Positions 1 to 9,298 of a stretch of 32,000 bases of DNA are shown one piece after another. The DNA is taken from positions 64,650 through 96,649 of the forward strand of contig JACPWU010000020.1 of assembly GCA_016196885.1 (NCBI GenBank). Direction: 5' to 3'. The notes beneath the pieces were generated by a model, which had not been told where the DNA came from, made no database searches, and was given only the letters and a program-made list of their open reading frames with translations. The position numbers and the translations under genes are program-made. Source of the stretch: Chlamydiota bacterium (GTDB lineage: Bacteria > Auribacterota > JACPWU01). Positions within the stretch are counted from its first letter, which is position 1; each line of letters starts with the position of its first letter.

Positions 1-1085
1 ATTAATTCTAAAAGGAGGCGTTGAGAAAAAACGGCCCCTTGAGTCAATTCCAAATTTCGCATCATGTTTTCAGGAAAAACAATCATTTGGCGAAAAACAC
101 GCGTCATCAAACGAATCATGTAATGAATCAAAGTCGTTGAATCTGGAACAATCACCCGCTCCACAGAAGAATGCGTAATATCCCTTTCATGCCAGAGGGC
201 TACATTTTCAAGGGCAGCAACGACATAACCCCGCAGCACACGCGCCAAACCGCAAACCCTTTCACAGGTAATGGGATTTCGTTTATGAGGCATGGCTGAA
301 GACCCTTTTTGCTCTTTTCCAAAACCCTCCTGAAGCTCTTGAATTTCGGTGCGCTGTAAATTGCGAACTTCTAAAGCAAATTTTTCCAAAGAAGCCCCTA
401 AAATAGCCAAGGCACTGACATATTGGGCATGACGATCGCGCTGGACAATTTGGCTGCTGATGGGCTCGGGAGCCAGCTTTAACTTCTTACAGACATATTC
501 CTCGACCCGCGGGTCGATGTTTGCGTGAGTCCCTACAGCTCCTGAAATTTTGCCATAGGCGATTGTCTTTTTAGCAGACATCAGACGGTCCATGTTTCGA
601 TAAAGCTCATCCAAGAAAAGGGCCAACTTCAGTCCCAAGGTGGTCGGCTCTGCATGCACCCCATGCGAGCGCCCAATCATCACCGTCGTCTTGTGTTCAA
701 GCGCTCGCTCCTTTACCACCTCTACCAATTCCACAAAATCCTTCATGATGATATCCATTGCATCCACCATCAAAACAGCAAGCGAGGTATCCAAAACATC
801 TGAAGAGGTCAAACCAAAATGAATAAACCTCGCCGCAGGACCTACATTTTCTGAGAGATTGGTTAAAAAGGCGATCACATCATGATCCACACTCTTCTCA
901 ATTTCGGAAATCCTTTTAAGATGAAAACTCGCCCCCTTCTTAATCTTCTTAAAATCCTCTTCGCTCACCTGTCCCAAATCCACCATACACTCCAGAGCCA
1001 AAATTTCTATTTTAAGCCATAAAGAAAGCTTATTCTCTTCACTCCAAAGTTTCAGCATTTCTGGTGTTGAGTAACGCTCAATCAT
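1..1085 (-). CDS. purB: Adenylosuccinate lyase, N-terminal ~361 codons; the 3' end runs off the window
   Basis: Absent from the ORF track because no stop lies in the window. Manual minus-strand translation from the ATG at 1085-1083 gives MIERYSTPEMLKLWSEENKLSLWLKIE...GRSHGVHAEPTT...SSAMPHKRNP...ALWHERDITHSS with no stops down to position 1. SSAMPHKRNP is the fumarate-lyase/PurB signature loop. An AAGGAG SD lies about 6 nt upstream. Confidence 0.85.
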   Translation of the reverse strand, partial: MIERYSTPEMLKLWSEENKLSLWLKIEILALECMVDLGQVSEEDFKKIKKGASFHLKRISEIEKSVDHDVIAFLTNLSENVGPAARFIHFGLTSSDVLDTSLAVLMVDAMDIIMKDFVELVEVVKERALEHKTTVMIGRSHGVHAEPTTLGLKLALFLDELYRNMDRLMSAKKTIAYGKISGAVGTHANIDPRVEEYVCKKLKLAPEPISSQIVQRDRHAQYVSALAILGASLEKFALEVRNLQRTEIQELQEGFGKEQKGSSAMPHKRNPITCERVCGLARVLRGYVVAALENVALWHERDITHSSVERVIVPDSTTLIHYMIRLMTRVFRQMIVFPENMMRNLELTQGAVFSQRLLLEL

Positions 1086-1105
1086 AAAGGCTCCTTTTAT
1101 AAAGA

Positions 1106-1178
1106 CGTACATCGAACATCGCACGTCGAACATAGAAAAAATAAAATACTAAGTACGAAGTACGAAGTTCGAAGTACG
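1106..1178 (-). repeat. Long imperfect hairpin with CGT/ACG-rich arms (family member 1), terminator-like, between dnaE and purB
   Basis: Arm 1106-1131 (cgtacatcgaacatcgcacgtcgaac) pairs with arm 1153-1178 (gtacgaagtacgaagttcgaagtacg) at about 21 of 26 positions. An A/T-rich ~21-nt loop separates them. The right arm lies inside the last ~9 codons of dnaE. Confidence 0.6.
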
Positions 1179-4100
1179 GCCTTTTGCATCAAACCTATCA
1201 ACATGCACAATTTTATTTCTCTTCACCGAAACCGCTTCTTCCCCCAGGACTTCTTTTAATCTTAAAATGACTTCGGCCGTTGGTTCAATCTTAAATTTAG
1301 GGGAAGTGGAAACGGTAATTTTTCCTCCATCCGGAAAGGCAAAATTAATATAAACTGGACACTCTCCTTTAAATCGTAACAACTCCGTTTGAATTTTATC
1401 TAAGTCCTCACTTTTTGACTGATTCATTTTAAGCTGAAGATAAATCGATTGCGTATAAATCTTTGGAGCATCCTCCAGCAAGACAAGATTGTTTACAATC
1501 ACTTTCACAGCTTCTTCTTTTAATTCAAGTTTCCCTTCTACAAAACAAATTTTATCTTCTTGTACCATTCCTGAAATCTTTTCAAAAATTTTAGGATAAA
1601 TAACCGCCTCAATCAACCCCTCTAAATCTTCAAAAGAGACAAGGGCCATTTTATCGCCCTTTTTGGTCGTCTTGATTTGAATTTTTCCCAAAATGCCTCC
1701 CAAGGCTACATCTACCCCATCTTGACGATCGTATAAACTCTGAGTCGTGTCCGTACGAAAAAGTTTTAACAAATGTGAAACCCGCGTCAGGGGATGACCC
1801 GTCACATAAAACCCCAAAAGCTCTTTTTCGGATTTCAGGATATCCGCCTCATCCCACTCTGGAATATTGGGAAAAGTTATTTTATCCTGCCCCTGGCCCC
1901 CTTCCAACAATTCAAAAAGGGTAGACTGTCCCTTCAGAATGTCCTGCCTCGTTCTGGAGCTGGATAAAAGGGCCTGGTCCAAAACAGCCATCAGTTGACT
2001 TCTCTTCACTTTAAAAGAATCAAAGACCCCGCAACGAATCAAACTTTCTAAAACTTTTCGATTGGCCACTTTCTGATCGACGCGGTTCAAAAAATCCTCA
2101 AAGGATAGAAACTTGCCTCTCTTAACACGTTCTTCAATAATTAACTGAACGACTGCACTTCCCACATTTTTGACCGCCGCCAAACCAAATCGAATATCTT
2201 TTCCCACCACCGTAAATTTTTCAAAACTTTCATTCACATCAGGAGGCAAAATATGAATCCCCATTTCCTTACATTCATTGATGTATTTAACCAATTTGTC
2301 CGTGTTATTGGCTTCGCTCGAAAGAAGGGCCGTCATGTATTCCACAGGAAAATTTGCCTTCAGATAAGCCGTGCGGTAAGCAATCAAGGCATAGGCTGCA
2401 CTGTGGGATTTGTTAAATCCATAGCCTGCAAAATAGGCCATAAGATCGAAGACCTTTTCAGCAATGGACCTCGCGATATTATTTTTTAAACACCCCTCGA
2501 CAAAAATATTTTTCTGCTCAATCATTTTATGCTCAATCTTTTTCCCCATGATTCTTCTTAAATGATCTCCTTGAGCCATGGTGAAATGGGCCATCACCTT
2601 GGCTACTGTCATCACCTGCTCTTGATAAAGCATGATGCCATAGGTCTCCTTGAGAATAGATTCCAACAGCGGATGATCGTATTGCACTTTGACCTTCCCA
2701 TGCTTCCTCGCAATAAAATCCTCCACCATGTGCATCGGACCCGGACGATACAAGGCGACCAGCGCAATCAAATCTTCAAAACGGTCCATCCCCATGCGCT
2801 TCGCCAAATCTCGCATTCCACCCGATTCTAATTGGAAAACACCCGCGGTATCCGCTCGGTTCAGAAGAGCAAAAGTTCTGGGATCACTCAAGGAAATTTG
2901 GCCGATGTCCAGATGCCTTTCTTGCGTCCTTTCCACAATTTTCAGTGTGTCATGAATGACGGTCAGCGTTCTCAATCCCAAAAAATCTATTTTCAAAAGG
3001 CCAATTTTTTCAATCGCCTCCATGGGATATTGTGTTGTCACTTCACCATTGGTCCCTTTATAAAGAGGCACAAATTCCGAAAGGGGCTTTTCACTGATCA
3101 CAATCCCGGCCGCATGAATAGAGACATTGCGGACCATGCCTTCCAAACGAAACGCCTTATCAACAAGATCTCGGACCTCTTCTTCCTCCTCATAACGCTT
3201 CTTAAATTGAGGTTCCATCTCAAGGGCATCTTTCAATGTAATCTTGGGGGCAAACGGAATTAATTTTGCAATTCGATCCACTTCGGTATAAGGGCGGCTC
3301 ATCACTCGGCCGACATCGCGAATAACAGCCTTCGCACCCATCGTACCAAAGGTGATGATTTGTGCTACGTTGTCAGCCCCATATTTTTTTGTCACATACT
3401 CAATCACTTCTCCGCGTCGCTCATCGCAAAAATCAATGTCAATGTCGGGCAGGGTGATACGATTGAGATTCAGAAAACGCTCAAAAATAAGTCCATAACT
3501 CAATGGATCAATGTCTGTGATTTCCAAAAGATAAGCCACCAGACTACCCGCAGCAGAGCCGCGGCCAGGTCCCACAGGGATATCATTCTTTTTTGCAAAC
3601 TGAATAAAATCCCAGACGATCAGGAAATAACTGACAAATTTCATTTCTTCAATCACCTTCAATTCAAATTCCAAACGCTCTCGAATTTCCCGCGTGGCAG
3701 TCCCGTATCTTTTTTGCAGGCCCTCTTCACATAATTTTTTGAGAAAATCAGATTGCATGACCCCCACCGGTGGAACATATTGAGGTAAATGCATTTCATT
3801 AAAGGAAAGATCGAGATTGCAGCGATCGGCAATTTGAAGCGTGGCCTTCAAGGCTTCTGGGACTTCACGAAACTTATCCCACATCTCTTGCGGGCTCTTG
3901 ATAAAAAATTGATCCCCCTGAAAACGCAGGCGGTTTTGGTCTTGGAGGGCACTCCCCGTCTGAATGCACAGCAAAATATCATGTGCATCGTGATCCTTCT
4001 GCTCCACATAGTGACAGTCATTCGTGACAACCAAAGGGATGTTTTGCTTTTTGGACTGCTCGAAGAGCCAGCGATTTGCCTTTTGTTGATCGGGGATGCC

Positions 4101-4637
4101 ATGATCCTGCAACTCCAAATAATAATTTCCTTTAAAGATCTCGCGATACTCCCCCATCGCCTTCAGGGCCTCTTCTTCCTGATGGTTGATGTAAAGATAG
4201 TTCACTTCGCCTTTCAGGCAGCCCGAGAGTGCAATCAGGCCTTTAGAATATTTCTGAAGAATCTCTTTATCCACGCGAGGCCGGTAATAAAAACCTTCTA
4301 AATAGGCAAGGGTTGCCAATTGCATGAGGTTTTGATAGCCCGTGAAATCTTGGGCCAGAAGAATCATGTGATAGGAAGCCTCTTTGATGTTATGGCTCTT
4401 CTTTTCAAAGCGACTGGAGGGGCTCACATAAATTTCGCAGCCGATGATCGGCTTGACTCCCAGTCCCTTGGCCTTCTCATAAAATTCAATCACGCCAAAG
4501 AGATTCCCATGATCTGTCTGAGCCACCGCCGTCATGCCAGAATCTTTCACTTTCTGAATCAATTCCTCATGGCGGGCCGCACCATCCAAGATGCTGTATT
4601 CGGAATGTAAATGAAGATGAACAAATTCTGGTTTCAT
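1149..4637 (-). CDS. dnaE: DNA polymerase III alpha subunit
   Basis: PHP-domain start MKPEFVHLHLHSEYSILDG and the YGFNKSHSAAYA motif, at about 1160 aa. I place the start at the ATG at 4637 (M13 of the track ORF), because the 12 upstream codons are encoded by a hairpin arm and DnaE proteins normally begin just before the HxH motif. Confidence 0.95.
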   Translation of the reverse strand: MKPEFVHLHLHSEYSILDGAARHEELIQKVKDSGMTAVAQTDHGNLFGVIEFYEKAKGLGVKPIIGCEIYVSPSSRFEKKSHNIKEASYHMILLAQDFTGYQNLMQLATLAYLEGFYYRPRVDKEILQKYSKGLIALSGCLKGEVNYLYINHQEEEALKAMGEYREIFKGNYYLELQDHGIPDQQKANRWLFEQSKKQNIPLVVTNDCHYVEQKDHDAHDILLCIQTGSALQDQNRLRFQGDQFFIKSPQEMWDKFREVPEALKATLQIADRCNLDLSFNEMHLPQYVPPVGVMQSDFLKKLCEEGLQKRYGTATREIRERLEFELKVIEEMKFVSYFLIVWDFIQFAKKNDIPVGPGRGSAAGSLVAYLLEITDIDPLSYGLIFERFLNLNRITLPDIDIDFCDERRGEVIEYVTKKYGADNVAQIITFGTMGAKAVIRDVGRVMSRPYTEVDRIAKLIPFAPKITLKDALEMEPQFKKRYEEEEEVRDLVDKAFRLEGMVRNVSIHAAGIVISEKPLSEFVPLYKGTNGEVTTQYPMEAIEKIGLLKIDFLGLRTLTVIHDTLKIVERTQERHLDIGQISLSDPRTFALLNRADTAGVFQLESGGMRDLAKRMGMDRFEDLIALVALYRPGPMHMVEDFIARKHGKVKVQYDHPLLESILKETYGIMLYQEQVMTVAKVMAHFTMAQGDHLRRIMGKKIEHKMIEQKNIFVEGCLKNNIARSIAEKVFDLMAYFAGYGFNKSHSAAYALIAYRTAYLKANFPVEYMTALLSSEANNTDKLVKYINECKEMGIHILPPDVNESFEKFTVVGKDIRFGLAAVKNVGSAVVQLIIEERVKRGKFLSFEDFLNRVDQKVANRKVLESLIRCGVFDSFKVKRSQLMAVLDQALLSSSRTRQDILKGQSTLFELLEGGQGQDKITFPNIPEWDEADILKSEKELLGFYVTGHPLTRVSHLLKLFRTDTTQSLYDRQDGVDVALGGILGKIQIKTTKKGDKMALVSFEDLEGLIEAVIYPKIFEKISGMVQEDKICFVEGKLELKEEAVKVIVNNLVLLEDAPKIYTQSIYLQLKMNQSKSEDLDKIQTELLRFKGECPVYINFAFPDGGKITVSTSPKFKIEPTAEVILRLKEVLGEEAVSVKRNKIVHVDRFDAKGRTSNFVLRT

Positions 4638-4643
4638 AAAAAG

Positions 4644-4729
4644 GCCGTGCTTCGTACATCGTTCTTCGTACATCGTAAAAAATCATTCATCAAACACGAA
4701 CGAAGTACGACGTACGCTGCACGAAGAAC
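4644..4729 (-). repeat. Long imperfect hairpin with CGT/ACG-rich arms (family member 2), between guaA stop and dnaE start
   Basis: Arm 4644-4676 (gccgtgcttcgtacatcgttcttcgtacatcgt) pairs with arm 4695-4729 (cacgaacgaagtacgacgtacgctgcacgaagaac), with internal loops. The loop is A/T-rich and ~18 nt. On the minus strand the hairpin is followed by GGCCTTTTT and then the dnaE ATG. Confidence 0.6.
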
Positions 4730-4735
4730 TGTTTT

Positions 4736-6292
4736 TCATTCCCATTCAATCGTGCTGGGGGGTTTAGAGCTGATGTCATAAACCACGCGATTGATTCCCT
4801 TGACCTCATTGATGATTCGATTTGAGATTTGGGCCAGCAAGTCGTAAGGAAGCCTCACCCAGTCGGCCGTCATCCCGTCGAGACTGCTCACCACGCGAAG
4901 GGCAATCACATTTTCATAGGTTCGCCCATCCCCCATCACCCCGACTGTTTTCACGGGCAGCAGTACGGCAAAAGACTGCCACACCTTTCGGTAGAATTCA
5001 GCCTTCCGGATCTCATCCATGACAATGACGTCCGCCTTTCTCAAAATTTCGAGACGCTCTTTCGTCACTTCCCCAATCACTCGAATGGCCAAGCCAGGCC
5101 CCGGGAAAGGTTGCCGCATCAAAATCTCATCGCTCATGCCCAGCTCTTTTCCCAAAAGTCTCACCTCATCCTTAAAAAGATCTCGCAAGGGCTCTACCAA
5201 TTCAAATGCCAAATCTTTGGGAAGTCCTCCGACATTGTGATGTGTCTTAATCGTCGCCGAAGGCCCTCCAAATGCTGACACACTCTCGATCACATCGGGA
5301 TAAAGGGTTCCCTGGGCTAAAAATTTTACCTTTCCCAATTTTCGAACCTCCTCCTCAAAAACGCGGATGAAAGTCTCTCCAATTTTTTTGCGCTTCAGTT
5401 CAGGATCCGTCACCCCTTCTAAATTTTTTAAAAATTTTTCCGACGCATCTGCATAAACCAAATCAATGTGAAAATGATTTTGAAAAGTCTGAATGACTTT
5501 TTCTGCCTCACCCAAACGCAGAAGTCCATTGTTCACAAAAATACAGACCAACTGATCCCCAATGGCTTGGTGAAGAAGCATCGCGGTCACAGAAGAATCC
5601 ACCCCACCACTCAAGCCGCAAATCACCCTTTCTCGAGCGAGACGTTTTTTTAACTGGGCAATTTCATTTTGAACGAAGGATTTCATATCCCAAGATTTAG
5701 AACACTCACATATTTTAAAAAGAAAATTTTGGATGATTTGAGCGCCCTCTTCTGTATGAACCACCTCCGGATGAAATTGAAGACCATAAAGTTTTCTCTT
5801 TTGATCTCCCAGCGCAGCCATGGAAGTATTCGAGGTATGAGCCAACACCTTAAAGCCATTGATAGCTTCGGACACTTGATCGCCATGGCTCATCCAAACC
5901 ACACCTTGACGGGAAAGTCCTTCCAAAAGGATGTCTGGGTCATCCAGGAGAAGCTCTGCCTTTCCATATTCCCGGCGCCCACTGGGTGTCACCTTTGCGC
6001 CCAGAAGCTGAGCCATGAGCTGCATTCCATAGCAAATGCCTAGAACAGGAACTCCCCATTTAAAAATTCTCTCATCACATTGGGGGGCTCCCTTTTCATA
6101 AACACTGGAGGGTCCTCCGGATAAGACAATTCCTTTAGGAGAAAGTTTTTTAATTTCTTCAAAAGAAACATGGCAGGGAAAAACTCTTGAAAAAACACCG
6201 TTCTCACGAATCCGACGGGCGATAAGTTGTGTATACTGGGACCCAAAATCTAAAATAGCTATCAACTCTTTTTCGATGGAGGATTGATTCAT
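4736..6292 (-). CDS. guaA: GMP synthase (glutamine-hydrolysing)
   Basis: GATase motifs GICYGMQ and HPE, the PP-loop SGGVDSS, and the characteristic C-terminus [15 protein letters not shown] upstream. Confidence 0.97.
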   Translation of the reverse strand: MNQSSIEKELIAILDFGSQYTQLIARRIRENGVFSRVFPCHVSFEEIKKLSPKGIVLSGGPSSVYEKGAPQCDERIFKWGVPVLGICYGMQLMAQLLGAKVTPSGRREYGKAELLLDDPDILLEGLSRQGVVWMSHGDQVSEAINGFKVLAHTSNTSMAALGDQKRKLYGLQFHPEVVHTEEGAQIIQNFLFKICECSKSWDMKSFVQNEIAQLKKRLARERVICGLSGGVDSSVTAMLLHQAIGDQLVCIFVNNGLLRLGEAEKVIQTFQNHFHIDLVYADASEKFLKNLEGVTDPELKRKKIGETFIRVFEEEVRKLGKVKFLAQGTLYPDVIESVSAFGGPSATIKTHHNVGGLPKDLAFELVEPLRDLFKDEVRLLGKELGMSDEILMRQPFPGPGLAIRVIGEVTKERLEILRKADVIVMDEIRKAEFYRKVWQSFAVLLPVKTVGVMGDGRTYENVIALRVVSSLDGMTADWVRLPYDLLAQISNRIINEVKGINRVVYDISSKPPSTIEWE

Positions 6293-6314
6293 ACTTATAC
6301 CTCTTTACCATTCA

Positions 6315-6445
6315 GTAGCGGGTGGCCCGACTGGGGGCCCCCCATCAGACGCCAGCAGGTGGAGGCAAAAACCATTAAGTCAAAATTTAAAGTGGTTTCG
6401 ACACCGATGCCACTGATGGGGGTGAGGAGGGACAGGACTCGCTAC
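6315..6445. ncRNA. Candidate structured element between the GuaB3-like gene and guaA; a rearranged relative of the 25112/29301 motif
   Basis: Closing pair GTAGCG (6315-6320) / CGCTAC (6440-6445). A 10-bp long-range pair CCCCCATCAG (6339-6348) / CTGATGGGGG (6413-6422). AAACCA/TGGTTT pairing. Shares GCGGGTGG and the 19-mer GGAGGCAAAAACCATTAAG (one mismatch) with the 29301 copy. Confidence 0.35.
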
Positions 6446-6450
6446 GCTTC

Positions 6451-7611
6451 TTACTTCCCCATTCCCACCCTCTGCGCCTTTTGAAAAATTTTGCCTTCTG
6501 TTTGAATCGCAGGGGCAATGATAACCTCTGTCAATTGCATCTCGCGAATATTTTTTGCACCTAAATTGCCCATGGAAGTTCTGAGGGCTCCAACCAAGTT
6601 CTGCGATCCATCATCTAATTGGGCAGGCCCATAAAGAATTTGTTCCAGGCTTCCCGTCGTCCCCACATGAATGCGCGTCCCACGGGGCAGATTGGCATGA
6701 GGGGTGGCCATCCCCCAGTGAAAACCTCGGCCCGGCGCCTCTTTCGCCTTTGCAAAGGCACTTCCCACCATCACGGCATCTGCACCGCAAGCGATGGCCT
6801 TGCAAATATCGCCTCCTACACTCATTCCTCCATCTGCAATGATCGGCACATACCGGGCATGCTGCTTAAAATAAAAATCCCGGGCTGCTGAACAATCCAC
6901 AATGGAGGTCACCTGCGGAACTCCAATCCCCAAGACCCCTCTCGTCGTACAGGCAGCCCCCGGCCCAATCCCGACCAAAAGGCCTGCAATCCCCGTTTCC
7001 ATCAACCCCAAAGCCGTCTTGTATGAAACGGTATTTCCTACAACAATAGGCACCTTTGTTTTTTTACACAATTTCTCAAAATCTAACGTCTTATATTCTT
7101 TTGAAACATGTTTCACGGTGGACACAGTAGACTGAACAATAAAGATATCTACACCCGCAGCACTTGCAATTTCAAAAAATTTCTCAGCCCTCTGGGGAAT
7201 AGAAGAAACAATCGCAGGGGCTCCTCCCTTTTTAATTTCTTCTACCCTCTTTGCGATTAATTCCTCTTTAATGGGCTCTACATAAAGTTCCTGAACCAGC
7301 TTCGTCGCCTTCTCCACAGTGGCCTTCGCGATCTCGTCTAATACCACATCAGGTTTTTCATAACGGGTTTGTACCCCTTCTAAATTTAATACGGCGAGCC
7401 CTCCAAATTTACCCATTTTGACGGCAAAGGCACAATCCACCACCCCATCCATGGCAGCCGCAATGATCGGGACCTCGAAACGCTTGCCTCCCAATTCCCA
7501 CGAACTGTCCACTTCGTTCGGATTGACCGTCACCTCACCCGGAACCAAGGCAATCTCGTCAAACCCATAACAACGTCTGGCCTTTCGCCCAATTCCAATC
7601 CATTCCCCCAT
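6451..7611 (-). CDS. IMP dehydrogenase-related protein, GuaB3-like, with no CBS pair
   Basis: 386 aa. IMPDH-type TIM barrel with a catalytic-loop-like GIGPGAACTTR. The N-terminus YGFDEIALVPG and the short length match the GuaB3-type family rather than canonical ~490-aa GuaB. GAGGAGG SD. Confidence 0.8.
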   Translation of the reverse strand: MGEWIGIGRKARRCYGFDEIALVPGEVTVNPNEVDSSWELGGKRFEVPIIAAAMDGVVDCAFAVKMGKFGGLAVLNLEGVQTRYEKPDVVLDEIAKATVEKATKLVQELYVEPIKEELIAKRVEEIKKGGAPAIVSSIPQRAEKFFEIASAAGVDIFIVQSTVSTVKHVSKEYKTLDFEKLCKKTKVPIVVGNTVSYKTALGLMETGIAGLLVGIGPGAACTTRGVLGIGVPQVTSIVDCSAARDFYFKQHARYVPIIADGGMSVGGDICKAIACGADAVMVGSAFAKAKEAPGRGFHWGMATPHANLPRGTRIHVGTTGSLEQILYGPAQLDDGSQNLVGALRTSMGNLGAKNIREMQLTEVIIAPAIQTEGKIFQKAQRVGMGK

Positions 7612-7679
7612 GATCCCAAATCCTCCTCTTTAATTGAACGTGAAGCGTATCGTGTGAAATCAAGAAAAGCAATGATTTT

Positions 7680-7931
7680 TTACCCTGTTTTCACCTCTTC
7701 ATTCGCATCATTAAAACTACCGCACTGTGGACATTTTGAAAGAGTCTCATCTCTCTCAACGATATAGGAATGTGCGCAGATCTTACAACGGTAAATCACC
7801 TTCTCAATCGGACTAAAATTCCTTGCCTTTTTGCGATATTCATAATAAATCCAGGCAAAAAAGAGCCCTGAGAGGGAGAGAATTAAATAAATTAAAAAGG
7901 CTGTAGACAAATCTACTTCAAACATCGCCAT
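7680..7931 (-). CDS. Small membrane-anchored zinc-ribbon protein (hypothetical)
   Basis: 83 aa. N-terminal TM helix (AFLIYLILSLSGLFFAWIYY) followed by CKIC...17 aa...CPQCG. No recognisable SD. Confidence 0.55.
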   Translation of the reverse strand: MAMFEVDLSTAFLIYLILSLSGLFFAWIYYEYRKKARNFSPIEKVIYRCKICAHSYIVERDETLSKCPQCGSFNDANEEVKTG

Positions 7932-8129
7932 ACCGTCGTTCGTGAAACGTAAAGCGTCGTTCGTTTCTTACTAAGGAGGCCATATCCCACTCTACATGAA
8001 TAATATTTCTGGTTATGGTTTTTAACCTTTTTATCCCATGTTTTTATAGTCCCTGTGGGATTAGTACTGTCAGAATTTATGAATAGAACTTAATGAACTG
8101 ACCTGTAACTTACGACAAAAACTTTTCCT

Positions 8130-8837
8130 TCACCTCTTCAACCTAAACTTAAACAAAAGTTCTCCCCATTGAGATTCTGAAATTTCCCCTTTCAAACTCT
8201 CAAATCTCCATTCCTTCATCGCACGAATCACCTCGACATCTACCTCTGGATACCCCGAAGAATCCTCTACCCAAACCCGTTCAACGTCCCCTTTTAAATT
8301 CACCCAAAACCTGACCCTGACCTCAAATTCAAGGCCATAAAGTTGTGCCCAATCAGGATAAACAGGATACGGGTGAGAGAGTACCTGCCTTTTCCCGACC
8401 GGGCCTTCAATCTCAGGAACATTTTGCTCTCCCGCAACCTCTTCCCCTGAGGCAGTTTTTTTCTTCCATGAAGATGAGTCCACAGAATTCGAAGTAGAAA
8501 CAAAATTTTGATCCTGGATATGGGCCTTAGGAAGCTCCAAAAAATGGGACGCAAGAGGGCGCTTTTTAAAATGACCTTCCTTCTCTAAACTTTCAAAATG
8601 AAGTGGAGATTCAAAAATATCCTTTTCTTCCCCTGATTCCCCCGGCAATTCCATCCTCGGCTCCATCCATTTGGACTCAAAAAGCCCCACTTGAATATAT
8701 TCCGAGGGAGAAGCCGCCTGAGCGGTTCTGATCCTCATTAAAAAAAAACCCATCCCATGAAGGATGAAGGAAAAAATGAGAGAGAAGGGAAAAATTCTAT
8801 CTTTCAAATAAATTTTCACGGCTGCCTCTCTCCCCAT
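8130..8837 (-). CDS. tonB: TonB-family energy transducer
   Basis: N-terminal anchor with an SxxxH motif (SFILH), an acidic/Pro-containing linker, and a TonB_C-like end (YPxxAQLYGLEFEVRVRFWVNLKGDVERVWV...). Overlaps the exbD stop by 22 nt. Confidence 0.8.
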   Translation of the reverse strand: MGREAAVKIYLKDRIFPFSLIFSFILHGMGFFLMRIRTAQAASPSEYIQVGLFESKWMEPRMELPGESGEEKDIFESPLHFESLEKEGHFKKRPLASHFLELPKAHIQDQNFVSTSNSVDSSSWKKKTASGEEVAGEQNVPEIEGPVGKRQVLSHPYPVYPDWAQLYGLEFEVRVRFWVNLKGDVERVWVEDSSGYPEVDVEVIRAMKEWRFESLKGEISESQWGELLFKFRLKR

Positions 8838-9226
8838 TTCGGTTTAGTCGCAATCGCGATGCGAGAAATTCCGCTTTCCTTGGCCTCCGACATCACCTGC
8901 ACCACCGTTCCATGCTCTGCCTTTTCATCCGCTTTGATGATCAATAAATCTTTGGAAGGCACTTCTCTTAATCTCTGAGACAAATCCTTTAATTTTATTT
9001 CTCTATCTTCAAAAAAAATCTTTCCATCTCTTCTCACCACGACAGACAAGCCAGACGGCTTCTCACTTCCAGGCAACTTGACAGAGGGAAGCTCAACTTT
9101 AATCCCTGGCTGTAAGACAAAACTGGAAGAAAGCATAAAAAAAATGATGAGCTGAAAGACGACATCAATGAGAGGCGTCATATCCAAGCGACCTTTTTCA
9201 ACTTTTAAATTTGTCTTGAATCGCAT
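8816..9226 (-). CDS. exbD: ExbD/TolR biopolymer transport protein
   Basis: MTPLIDVVFQLIIFFM TM motif and 136 aa, typical of ExbD/TolR. Confidence 0.9.
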   Translation of the reverse strand: MRFKTNLKVEKGRLDMTPLIDVVFQLIIFFMLSSSFVLQPGIKVELPSVKLPGSEKPSGLSVVVRRDGKIFFEDREIKLKDLSQRLREVPSKDLLIIKADEKAEHGTVVQVMSEAKESGISRIAIATKPKWGERQP

Positions 9227-9298
9227 AAAATTACTCTTTAAGTGTTGTACGAAATATCGTGCAGCTTGCTAATATAAACGTAATAAATATTGCAACAT

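Noticed and set aside
640-822. 60-aa plus-strand ORF in the first kilobase
   Set aside because: It is antisense to the clearly coding purB frame, which is open across 1-1085 on the minus strand.
2253-4610. A series of 78-170-aa plus-strand ORFs antisense to dnaE, with similar antisense ORFs inside guaA, guaB3, the TPR genes, uvrA-like, smc, folD and others
   Set aside because: They lie entirely within long, motif-rich minus-strand genes. Their composition is low-complexity or skewed, with no recognisable motifs or SD sites. These are typical shadow ORFs.
6338-6422. A hammerhead-like CUGAUG box on the minus strand
   Set aside because: The adjacent stem is not followed by the required GAAA core, and no cleavage-site UH context is in register. 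The box is simply one strand of a 10-bp helix.
8033-8061. A small hairpin ATCCCA...TGGGAT downstream of tonB as an intrinsic terminator
   Set aside because: It has only a 6-bp stem with a 17-nt loop, and no U-tract in gene sense, so support is too weak.
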